Below, one piece after another: positions 9,838-18,216 of a DNA stretch of 64,000 nt. A model generated the notes under the pieces. That model made no database searches. It was not told the DNA's origin and was given only the letters and a program-made list of their open reading frames with translations. The stretch's first letter is position 1. Each line of letters starts with the position of its first letter. The position numbers were made by a program, and so were the translations under genes. This DNA comes from Candidatus Bilamarchaeaceae archaeon (GTDB lineage Archaea > Micrarchaeota > Micrarchaeia > Anstonellales > Bilamarchaeaceae), in NCBI GenBank assembly GCA_038851325.1, contig JAWCKZ010000004.1, forward strand, positions 5,160 to 69,159, written 5' to 3'.

Positions 9838-10677
9838 TTAATACAGTCCAAGGAGCATTCCTGCAAGAAATGCCATAAACATTCCAAAGACGAGCGGCGG
9901 AAGTGCAGGTAGCACCATTCTTTTTTCCCAAACGAGGAACAAAAAGAGGCACAGGGCAGTAAAGGCCCCAAGAAACACGAATGCAGTTGCATAAAAGCCA
10001 AGAGGAAGAACAGAAACCTCCAGTAATATGGGTGCTATCAGATCCCCGGTTCCAAGGTCTATCCTTCTCTCCTTTCCAGCCACAACCCCTTTCGCGGTAA
10101 CAGTAAATGCAAGGTCTTTTCGTATCACAAAATTCGCAAACTCGATCATGTGTTTTGTTATAAAAACAGACGCGTAGTCATATAGTGAAAGAAAAACTAG
10201 AAAGAGTATCGCTGGAATCGGTGCAAGCGATAGGCCGAAAATAACGCCAACCCCTGCTGTCGCAAGCACAGCCGCAGTATTCTTCAGTAAAGGGGTTAAT
10301 CTTTTCAGTATGGAGAGAATAAGCCCAAAAATGATGCCAGTTAGCATACTAATCTCATAACCGGAAACCACCCTCATAATCGAGTAGAAAACAATAGATG
10401 ACGCCATTGCCACTAGGAAAAACTCCATAATCTGAAACACGATATCATAAAGATGAAACATCTTTATCAAAAAGATCATCAAACCAGCGCCAATAAGGAT
10501 GAGCGCAGCAAACAAAACTGCATTGAACGGATCAGATGTATCTGTTGTGACCACCATTCCGCTTACGTATGGATTTCTTCCGTAATCATAGAGTACAACG
10601 ATACCGGAGTAAACACCTAAAAGCTGCGATACGAGAAAAAGTAAAAGGAGTTTTGTGACTATGTGCATATCTCTCAC
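9838..10677 (-). CDS. Presenilin / signal-peptide-peptidase homolog (family A22 intramembrane aspartyl protease)
   Basis: Polytopic membrane protein. It carries the family motifs YD (SLYDYASVF), GxGD (LGTGDLIAP) and PAL (MVLPALPPL) in the expected order. Confidence 0.7.
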   Translation of the reverse strand: MRDMHIVTKLLLLFLVSQLLGVYSGIVVLYDYGRNPYVSGMVVTTDTSDPFNAVLFAALILIGAGLMIFLIKMFHLYDIVFQIMEFFLVAMASSIVFYSIMRVVSGYEISMLTGIIFGLILSILKRLTPLLKNTAAVLATAGVGVIFGLSLAPIPAILFLVFLSLYDYASVFITKHMIEFANFVIRKDLAFTVTAKGVVAGKERRIDLGTGDLIAPILLEVSVLPLGFYATAFVFLGAFTALCLFLFLVWEKRMVLPALPPLVFGMFMAFLAGMLLGLY

Positions 10678-10712
10678 TTTATTTGGCGGCTTTTGTTTAC
10701 GCCTACACGACG

Positions 10713-12758
10713 TTACTCACCCACTATCCGTATATACCCATGCTCCTTCTCATATATATCTCCTTTTCTCAGAAGTTCACTGATTATTCGCTCTGCAGTT
10801 ACTCTGTCTATACCGTATTGCTCAGCATCAGCGATAATTTCTTCTATACTTACACTCTCTTCACGATGAAGATGTTCACGTATGATGTCCATTATGGTAT
10901 CGTACTTTTGCATCTTTTCTCTTATCGATTTTGGTTTTCCTGTTGTAACAACATCAACATCAAGCATACCAGTTTCTCTGTCTATCATTACCTGCTTCAT
11001 TACATAATTGAGCAAAGAGACAGCGACCTCTGCATCCTCGACCTCAACAGTATCGCTCATTCTCATCTTTGCATGCGCCTCTGCGAGCCTGACAAGACCT
11101 TCAAGGTATCTTGGTGTTATGGAAACGGCACCAGCATCTCGGCCCTTCCCCCTCAACGTTACATAAAATTCGCGAATCTTATCGGATGCTGCCTTTGTAA
11201 GTTTAGGCCTAAGATGTCTTCTAGCGTATGCAATGTATTTTCTGAGAAGAGCTCGGTCTATCAATGCGGTCTCGGTTTCTTTCTCATATTCTCCTCTGTG
11301 GCTCGATAGAATATACTCTGCCAACTTTGAGTCTTTCTCTTCATCAAGAACATCAACGATTGGAAAGATTAGATCAAATCTTGATAGAAGGGTTACTGGG
11401 ATGTCGAACTGCTCGGCAAGGTTTCTGCTCTGGTCAAATCTACCATACTTTGGATTTGCTGCAGCAAGGATGGCGGTTTTTGCCTTGAACTTTGCTATTA
11501 TTCCTGCCTTCGCAACTGAGATGCTCTGTGTCTCCATAGCTTCGTGGAGTGCTGCGCGATCTTCCTCGTTTATCTTATCAAACTCATCAACCTCAACAAT
11601 TCCGCCACTCGCAAGCACGACCGCACCAGCCTTGAGCGTCCATCCGCCCTCTCCGAGCTCATCCTTCTCTGCGGAAACAGTCATGCCCGCACCGCTAACA
11701 GTCTTTCCACTTACGTATATACTCTTCGGTGCAAGTTCATTAACACTAAGGAGAAATCTCGACTTTGCGATTCCTGGGTCGCCGATCAGCAAAATGTGAA
11801 TATCATCTCTTATCGGTGCACCGCCCTGCATCTGCTTTCCGCGCGTTCCACCGAAAAGCTGAAGCGCAAGTGCTTGTTTTACCTCTTCATGACCGTATAT
11901 GGAGGGGGCTATGGATTTCACGATATGTTCAACAATGTGTGGATCCTTAGCAAGCTCAAGTATCCTCTGTTCATCTTCCTTTGTTATCTCTATTTCCTCA
12001 AAATCTCTTTTCATACTAGTGACAGAGTTTACTTCGATATATCTTCCATACACCATCTCTTGTCTATGTCTAAATTTCTGTGGTTGTTTTAATCTCATGA
12101 TGCCGCATATCTCTACGTTATCTCCTGGCGCAAATGAGTTAACTAAGTCGTCTTCCAGGAGGAGTTCAACCTTAGCCGCAGGAGCGCCTCCTCGAACCTT
12201 CTCAAGTAACTCCTGTATCTCAGCTCGCTGCATGTCTATAAACTCGCTGAGTTCTTCCACATGAACAAGCGCAAGTTTTTTGCAATCAGGGCATCTTTTT
12301 GGTGGTTTAAAATCCCTTGTCACTAGATGACTTTCCTGATGATTACAGAGTTCGCAGCGGTATACTGCTTTTTTGATTTTATGCATAACCTCTGTTCGTT
12401 TTGTGACCACGCCTTTGAACGCTACAAATTCATTTATGTTTTCCGAACTCAGATGTTCTATTAACATGGTGTCAGATGGAAGGTTAAAAAAACGAACATG
12501 CGGCTTAAACTCAACCCCTCCAGGAAGGGCCGGCTTCTTTTCTATAAGCGCCTCCTCTGCCGCTTTTATGACAAGCTCTGGGATTTTTATAAGACGATCT
12601 GCCATTTCTGGATCGAATTTTTCAAGTTCCTTATAATCAACCAAAAGGCTTTTTTTCTCAGGATAGGAAAGAAGAAGATCGTTTATCTTTTCAGCATAAC
12701 TCAGTTTGAAGAAATCATGAAAAAAGGAACTCAGGGATGAGACATCCTCTTCTGGCAT
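10713..12758 (-). CDS. mcm: MCM replicative helicase
   Basis: 681 aa. Four-cysteine zinc motif (CELCNHQ ... CPDCKK), Walker A (IGDPGIAKS), Walker B (VEVDEFDKI), and the arginine-finger region (SRFDLIF). Confidence 0.95.
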   Translation of the reverse strand: MPEEDVSSLSSFFHDFFKLSYAEKINDLLLSYPEKKSLLVDYKELEKFDPEMADRLIKIPELVIKAAEEALIEKKPALPGGVEFKPHVRFFNLPSDTMLIEHLSSENINEFVAFKGVVTKRTEVMHKIKKAVYRCELCNHQESHLVTRDFKPPKRCPDCKKLALVHVEELSEFIDMQRAEIQELLEKVRGGAPAAKVELLLEDDLVNSFAPGDNVEICGIMRLKQPQKFRHRQEMVYGRYIEVNSVTSMKRDFEEIEITKEDEQRILELAKDPHIVEHIVKSIAPSIYGHEEVKQALALQLFGGTRGKQMQGGAPIRDDIHILLIGDPGIAKSRFLLSVNELAPKSIYVSGKTVSGAGMTVSAEKDELGEGGWTLKAGAVVLASGGIVEVDEFDKINEEDRAALHEAMETQSISVAKAGIIAKFKAKTAILAAANPKYGRFDQSRNLAEQFDIPVTLLSRFDLIFPIVDVLDEEKDSKLAEYILSSHRGEYEKETETALIDRALLRKYIAYARRHLRPKLTKAASDKIREFYVTLRGKGRDAGAVSITPRYLEGLVRLAEAHAKMRMSDTVEVEDAEVAVSLLNYVMKQVMIDRETGMLDVDVVTTGKPKSIREKMQKYDTIMDIIREHLHREESVSIEEIIADAEQYGIDRVTAERIISELLRKGDIYEKEHGYIRIVGE

Positions 12759-12926
12759 GCAATCAACCGCAAAACAACCTCAGGTTATAAGTAGATCTAT
12801 TTTTCTGCAAGCGGTATTAAATCTTTTCGGATGGGGAAAAGGTTCAGTCCAATCCCAGATTCTTCTTGTGTATCTCAAACTAATATCAGACCAATATCAG
12901 ATTAGCGTTAGGCCTTAATTCAGCAT

Positions 12927-13205
12927 TCAGACCCACACCACCGTCTTATGCTTTTCATTGTAGAACGCCATCTTTCCAGGTATATTTGTTTTATTTACTA
13001 TCATCTCTTTTCCAGCTCCGGTTTGGACTATCATCAGCCTCTCTTTCTGGCCTCCTTCAGGTATTATCAGAATACTATACTTTCCCTTAATCTCAGTTCC
13101 ATCAAGCTTTTTGTATTTGTATACAATAACCCTCCCCTGGTAGAGGAGTATTCTGGCCTCTTTCTCTCCTTTTGAGGTTGTCGTTATCGTTTCCTCAGGA
13201 TACAT
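12927..13205 (-). CDS. Small hypothetical protein, 92 aa
   Basis: ORF immediately upstream of mcm on the same strand. Tandem TATA-like repeats lie in its upstream region. Confidence 0.35.
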   Translation of the reverse strand: MYPEETITTTSKGEKEARILLYQGRVIVYKYKKLDGTEIKGKYSILIIPEGGQKERLMIVQTGAGKEMIVNKTNIPGKMAFYNEKHKTVVWV

Positions 13206-13286
13206 ACCAAACCTCCTTTTTAGTCTTGCTTACCATGTAATTGTCACGTACTTTAACTTATATTTTAACTTAACTTATATTTTAAC

Positions 13287-14195
13287 TTATATTACTACTC
13301 TCATGTGATAAAAATCACCTTCTTCCCTGATTCTAGTTTTAACTTTACACTCTCGATATCGCATCGCGTCTATGTCTTCAATCAAATGCTTTCCCAATAT
13401 CCGTTCTACAAACTCTTTCTGCGGCTCGATTGTTGCATTCAAGCCCTGCGCTATGTAATGAAAATTTAGGTCTGTTGTTATCTGGCCTCCGAACTCCCGA
13501 TAAATAGAAGCATTCCACATCTTCTGCGGCAGCTCTGTTATGCTCGACGGAGAGGCAAAACCATAGTCAAAGATGTCAAGCCAACCTCCTGCTCTGAGGC
13601 CTTTTTTGCAAGTAAGAAGATGCTTCTTTGCATGTTCGTTCACAGGTATGATGTATCCATTTGGCATTCTTTTCATGTATGCTCGAATGTCCCCATCTGC
13701 AAATTTTTTGAAGAAGTGTTTGCGGTCATCGATATAGAGCTCCTTAATTTCGCCATCATCATTCATCAAAAGCTTTGCAGGTAAATCGCTGTACAACTCA
13801 TTCGAAAGTATGTAATCCGCATTCTTCACAAACGTTGGTAAGCCATCGTAGACGATTCCGTCTGTATTAAATCCAAATGCGTCCCCGCGTTTTACAGCAT
13901 TCCTAACTAGTTCTTCTGAGATATCGCAAAGATGGTAAACGATTCGCTCTGGAAAAGTTGCATCAAGCCGTCTCAATGATAACATAAACGATACAAAAAG
14001 CGTACCCGCGCCAATCCCCATCTCGTATATATTTATCGTTCCTTTTTTCTTGACTCTTGCATAAAAATCCTTTGCCAACGCGGATATAAAGTATTTATCA
14101 CCAGCGAATGTTTTAAAGTCCTTCAAAAAATCCAGCCCGCGTGTGATGTAATATTTCTTATTTCTTTGTCGTTGGAATTCTTCAAAAGAGATCAT
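13287..14195 (-). CDS. Putative SAM-dependent methyltransferase, MidA/DUF185-like
   Basis: Glycine-rich SAM motif I (IYEMGIGAGTLFV) in the position typical of MidA-family proteins. 302 aa. Confidence 0.45.
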   Translation of the reverse strand: MISFEEFQRQRNKKYYITRGLDFLKDFKTFAGDKYFISALAKDFYARVKKKGTINIYEMGIGAGTLFVSFMLSLRRLDATFPERIVYHLCDISEELVRNAVKRGDAFGFNTDGIVYDGLPTFVKNADYILSNELYSDLPAKLLMNDDGEIKELYIDDRKHFFKKFADGDIRAYMKRMPNGYIIPVNEHAKKHLLTCKKGLRAGGWLDIFDYGFASPSSITELPQKMWNASIYREFGGQITTDLNFHYIAQGLNATIEPQKEFVERILGKHLIEDIDAMRYRECKVKTRIREEGDFYHMRVVI

Positions 14196-14245
14196 GAATA
14201 CTCTGAATTGGTAAGAAATTTAAATACTACCAGTGAATCTTACTT

Positions 14246-14806
14246 ATGCCAATTAAAAAATATGTGCTGGACACTTCTTTGTTTGTCAATCCGAATGCGA
14301 GAAAGCAGTTCGGAAAGAGTCCCGACGAAGCTGTCCTACGCTTTGTAAAACTTGTAGGGAAAAAAGCGGATACGGAATTCTATATGACCCCACTTACCTT
14401 CAAAGAACTTCAAAATTTTATAAGAAGAAATACAGCAGAAGAACTTGAAACCGTGATAAAGAAACGTTCATCTAATCTCTACGCAATTTATCTCCCTGCC
14501 GCGGTGTTGTATAAATTCGTTGATAACATCCGCAATAGAATAGACAAAGGATTAAGACTCGCAGAGCAGTTTGCGATAGACAACAGACCTGACAATGAAC
14601 CAAAACTTCGGCAATTGAGGGACAAATATCGTGAGGCACTCCGCTCTGGAATTATTGATAGCAAAGAAGACTTTGAAGCACTGATGCTCGCGAAAGAACT
14701 GGAAGCTACTATCGTAACTGCTGATGAAGGCGCGATAAATTTTGCGAATGAAGTTGGCATCGAGTGGCTCAATGCAGCAAGGTTTTACAAAATTGTGAAA
14801 AAATAA
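14246..14806 (+). CDS. PIN-domain protein (putative ribonuclease)
   Basis: N-terminal YVLDTSLF motif with a conserved Asp, and a C-terminal TADEG acidic residue. 186 aa. Confidence 0.5.
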   Translation: MPIKKYVLDTSLFVNPNARKQFGKSPDEAVLRFVKLVGKKADTEFYMTPLTFKELQNFIRRNTAEELETVIKKRSSNLYAIYLPAAVLYKFVDNIRNRIDKGLRLAEQFAIDNRPDNEPKLRQLRDKYREALRSGIIDSKEDFEALMLAKELEATIVTADEGAINFANEVGIEWLNAARFYKIVKK

Positions 14807-14960
14807 CTTTTATTGCTCGTAAATTGAGGGTTAGCGCCCTATTAAACACCCCGCACAGTTAACGATATACGTATAAATATTTTCAAACTTACATCATAAC
14901 CATGTAATATTGTATCAGTAATCGTATTCAGGAGATGCACGTAATTAAGTGGTGTGAGTC

Positions 14961-15467
14961 ATGAGAAGAAGACAGTTTATTTCCGATAATGTCACAGAAA
15001 AGCAAAGAAAGATGAATGACAACTCCAAAAGGCAACCGTTGCTCGAGACAATTATAATTATCCGCCATGGTAGTTATTCTGAAGATGGAGGCTTGGATAA
15101 GAACGGAAGAATTCAAATTACTAAGTCTGCAGAGCAGCTTAAAGAAGTGATCAAAGGAAAGGGCGCAACGATAGTAACGTCTCCTCTAAAGAGGGCTGTT
15201 GAAAGCAGCCAGATTATTGCAGATATGCTTAAATTATCTTTAGAAAAAGATGACGCACTTTCGTGCGAATCAGTAGAAAAAAATAAATTAAAAGAATTTA
15301 TTGAAAAGTTAAAACAAAAGAAAAAGGAGGTAATAATTCTAGTAACCCATCAACCGAACATTATAGATATATGTGAAATATTGCTGGACTCGGATTACGT
15401 TGTTCCAACACGCGAGATGGTTTATCTTCCATCAGGCGGATATCACATTGCAAAAAAACAAAAGTAA
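14961..15467 (+). CDS. Histidine phosphatase superfamily protein (SixA / phosphoglycerate-mutase-like)
   Basis: RHG catalytic motif (IIIIRHGSY) and a C-terminal VTHQP motif. The true start is probably the internal Met near 15012. Confidence 0.6.
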   Translation: MRRRQFISDNVTEKQRKMNDNSKRQPLLETIIIIRHGSYSEDGGLDKNGRIQITKSAEQLKEVIKGKGATIVTSPLKRAVESSQIIADMLKLSLEKDDALSCESVEKNKLKEFIEKLKQKKKEVIILVTHQPNIIDICEILLDSDYVVPTREMVYLPSGGYHIAKKQK

Positions 15468-15487
15468 AAGCAAAATTTTAGCAGTAA

Positions 15488-15580
15488 AGCCCCCGGCGAG
15501 AGTTGAACTCGCGACCTCCTGTTCGCCTGACCATTTCTTCGCTTACAAGACAGGCGCTCTAACCGCTGAGCTACGGAGGC
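15488..15580 (-). tRNA. tRNA-Thr(UGU) with a ~20-nt intron in the anticodon loop
   Basis: The reverse complement gives acceptor stem GCCTCCG/CGGGGGC, D-arm GCTC-AGCGGTTAGA-GAGC, anticodon stem CCTGT/ACAGG with loop CTTGTAA (anticodon TGT), a 20-nt insertion (GCGAAGAAATGGTCAGGCGA) at the canonical 37/38 site, and T-arm GCGAG-TTCAACT-CTCGC. Confidence 0.85.
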
Positions 15581-16111
15581 GACTATGCATAACTTTAAGT
15601 AAATTAAAAGTAATAAAAATCAATCGGTGAACTTCTTTTGCCGGCAAAACAAAGGCGATCAGACCGTGATGCCCAATTTTTTCCCAAGATTTTTGATGTA
15701 CTCTCTATCAGCATCTACTTGTTTCCCAGCTTGTTTGCAATTGTTAATCCGCTCAGTCAAGGGGCCGTACACAATAAATATCTGCGGCCTTCTTATTTTT
15801 TCTGTTTTTTCTTCATGAATAAAACGCAAAGCATACTTAGACTGACGATTTGCACACACTACTTTCTGCGTGATCGTTTGTGAAGATACTGCTGTCATAA
15901 TATTCACCGCATGGGATTCAATTTTGCAGGTATATATAACAATTATGTTTATAAAGTTAACTAACATCGTAAAAATTGAAATTAATTTTCTTTGTGGATT
16001 TGACTAACTCTGTTTTATGTCTTTCGATAAGCAAGAAATGAGTTAGGAAGATAAGCTTTAATTTATGAACTGTAATAGAAATAAAATTTCGATCTTAGAA
16101 GGGATACACTT

Positions 16112-16492
16112 ATGAGGAAGGCGTATAAAAAAGGTTCGCGTGCGGAGCGAGAACTTATAAATTATTTTTCAGCTAAAGGTTACTCTGTCATTCGTGCGGC
16201 AGGGAGTGGTGTTAACTCCCTAAGTCCTGACCTTCTTGCATTTAGAAAAGGAATGCATTTTGCATTCGAGTCAAAAGCGATCGAAAAGGAAAATCTCAAC
16301 ATAGATAAAGAGCAATTTCTGAATCTGCTGCATTGGGAAAATAACACAGGAATAACGTGCTACATAGCATGGCGAAGAAATCGTCTCCCGTGGGTATTTA
16401 TTCCGCTCTCAGTTTTTTCTGAAAATGAAAAAAGCTTTGGCATAAGTTGGGGAAAGGCAAACGCTGTAGGAAAAAGAATAGAGGAATTCTAA
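16112..16492 (+). CDS. hjc: Holliday junction resolvase Hjc
   Basis: KGSRAERELINYF ... GYSVIRAAGSG ... PDLLAF ... ESKA matches the archaeal Hjc catalytic core. 126 aa. Confidence 0.8.
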   Translation: MRKAYKKGSRAERELINYFSAKGYSVIRAAGSGVNSLSPDLLAFRKGMHFAFESKAIEKENLNIDKEQFLNLLHWENNTGITCYIAWRRNRLPWVFIPLSVFSENEKSFGISWGKANAVGKRIEEF

Positions 16493-17205
16493 TGGAAAAA
16501 TACAGAATAATGGATATTAGAACGCACGAGGATGGAATTAGGGTAATACAACTCGTTCCTCTTGCGGGGCGGTTATTTACATACAAGCCTGGAAATTTCC
16601 TCATCCTACACCTTCTGGATGAAAAAGGGGAAAGTATAGATAAAAGGCCGTATTCCATCGCGTCCTCTCCTACACAAGGATATATAGAATTGGCAATAAA
16701 AATGATCGGTGGTAGGTTTACATCAAAACTTGAGAAACTAAAGGAAGGCGATATTGTAGGTGTGGAAGGACCGCTTGGTCATTTCACGTACGATGGACAG
16801 AATAAGTGTGTCTTTATCGCTGGCGGGGTTGGTGTAGCACCGTTTATGTCAATGCTTAGGTATATAGATGCCACAAAAAAGGAAGGCACTTTTATCTTAT
16901 TTTACAGCTACGGAAAACGAACCGATAATCCATATCGCGAAGAACTGAACGAACTTTCAAAAAATCCAAACATAACAATCGTTCAATTTCTAACAAGAGA
17001 AATGCCCGCTGGTTGGAATGGCGAAATTGGACGAATAGACGAAGCACGGATAGGAAAATACGTTAAAAGCCCTAAAGAATTTCGCTGGTATATATGCGGG
17101 CCGCCGCAGATGTGTCTAACACTCCGCGATGTTCTAACAGGGATGGGTGTACCGAGTAGAAAGATAAAACTAGAAAGCTGGGGGACGCCCTCACCTAAAT
17201 CGTAG
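16492..17205 (+). CDS. FAD/NAD(P)-binding ferredoxin-reductase-like oxidoreductase
   Basis: FAD-binding RPYSIAS motif and NAD-binding GGVGVAPF motif. The start was reassigned to the Met overlapping the hjc stop (TAATG). Confidence 0.7.
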   Translation: MEKYRIMDIRTHEDGIRVIQLVPLAGRLFTYKPGNFLILHLLDEKGESIDKRPYSIASSPTQGYIELAIKMIGGRFTSKLEKLKEGDIVGVEGPLGHFTYDGQNKCVFIAGGVGVAPFMSMLRYIDATKKEGTFILFYSYGKRTDNPYREELNELSKNPNITIVQFLTREMPAGWNGEIGRIDEARIGKYVKSPKEFRWYICGPPQMCLTLRDVLTGMGVPSRKIKLESWGTPSPKS

Positions 17206-17247
17206 ATTAAATCGTAGATTATTTCAAATGGCATCTGATTGCAAAAT

Positions 17248-17448
17248 TTATTCGACTACAAAAGCCACTTTCATGTGTGCTCTGTATTGGACAATCCTGT
17301 TGTTCGCAATCTTTGCTTTGAAACTGAGTACGTCTATACCGGTTATGTTCTTCACAGTTTTGCCAGCCCTCTTCAGCCCTTCGTGAACGGCGTCTTCCCA
17401 ACTCTTTTCAGACTCCCCAATTATCTCTATAATTTTTATTACTGCCAT
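17248..17448 (-). CDS. Dodecin-family flavin-binding protein
   Basis: 66 aa. KIIEIIGESEKSWEDA ... YRAHMKVAFVVE resembles the dodecin consensus. It sits next to a flavoprotein gene. Confidence 0.6.
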   Translation of the reverse strand: MAVIKIIEIIGESEKSWEDAVHEGLKRAGKTVKNITGIDVLSFKAKIANNRIVQYRAHMKVAFVVE

Positions 17449-17639
17449 GTTTGAATCTCTCCATCGAATATTAAATTCTTACTCGAGTTGGGCATTATGG
17501 GGATCGCGATGCATCAGTTTTTATCAGCTAATTACTAATCAAGCCTTTTCTTGATATACTCCTCGTAAGGGGTCTATCTTAGGCTGTCTAATTCGTATGA
17601 ATAAATGAAAAAAAATGTAAACTAAAATGGAAACCGTTC

Positions 17640-18040
17640 TTGAGAGCGGTTAGCGCATTGTAAATTAGATTTTCAGAGTAAATATATCTAACTATTGGCA
17701 TTCTTATCGGGTTTTATTATTGGATTTATTTCTTCTTGAATGCATTTTCTATAAACTTCAAAGGCATCAAATGAACCAACCCCTAACAAGCTTTCTGCTT
17801 TGTCCTTGAGCTCTTCAAATGCAGGTCTAAATAAAGTAATATCAGAAGTTTGAGCATCTCAAATAAAAGCTGTGGGAATTGACAATGTTTCTAAATCAAT
17901 TCCGGCCATCAGCTTGATATATCCCTCTCTTTTGATTTCTCCATTTTCATGGTTTATTATTCTCCAATTCTCTAATCCATTATGGTCCGGGAGGCAGTAT
18001 CTTTGGTCGTCATAATTGATCTACCGCTTCTCGAACCTAT
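17640..18040 (-). pseudogene. Degenerate ORF with an in-frame TGA (INYDDQRYCLPDHNGLENW ... TAFI*DAQTSDITLF ... VYRKC), within an AT-rich stretch lacking ORFs
   Basis: Two adjacent reading-frame pieces of about 55 aa each, separated by a single TGA. The surrounding 17.45-18.2 kb has no ORF of 60 aa or more on either strand. Confidence 0.25.
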
Positions 18041-18216
18041 ATATTTTTAATTAATTACCGGACAGTCTATAAGATGGAGAGTAATCACTAGGAATAAAAT
18101 TAGCAACGACGATAACAGAGCACACAAAAATTAGTGAAATTAGCTATTTGCGAAAGTCAGGTTCTTAGACTGTTACTGTGTGTAGATACGCTTTTATAAA
18201 TAGCAGTACTGTGTGA

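Noticed and set aside
7820-10001. Several minus-strand ORFs of 60-147 aa inside leuS
   Set aside because: They are entirely antisense to a confidently identified 912-aa synthetase gene, with no motifs. They are typical shadow ORFs.
10663-12740. Plus-strand ORFs of up to 208 aa overlapping mcm
   Set aside because: Antisense to MCM. Low-complexity Ser/Leu-rich translations typical of reverse-strand artefacts.
15373-15630. 85-aa plus-strand ORF
   Set aside because: It is the sense-strand translation across the tRNA-Thr gene. An RNA gene explains the sequence.
15659-15967. 102-aa minus-strand ORF upstream of tRNA-Thr
   Set aside because: A possible small protein (the C-terminal half looks protein-like), but the N-terminus is hydrophobic low-complexity and no motif supports it. 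Left uncalled.
17640-18040. In-frame TGA as selenocysteine
   Set aside because: There is no Cys/Sec redox motif context and no recognisable SECIS-like hairpin downstream. It is surrounded by an ORF-poor, AT-rich decayed region. A pseudogene is more parsimonious.
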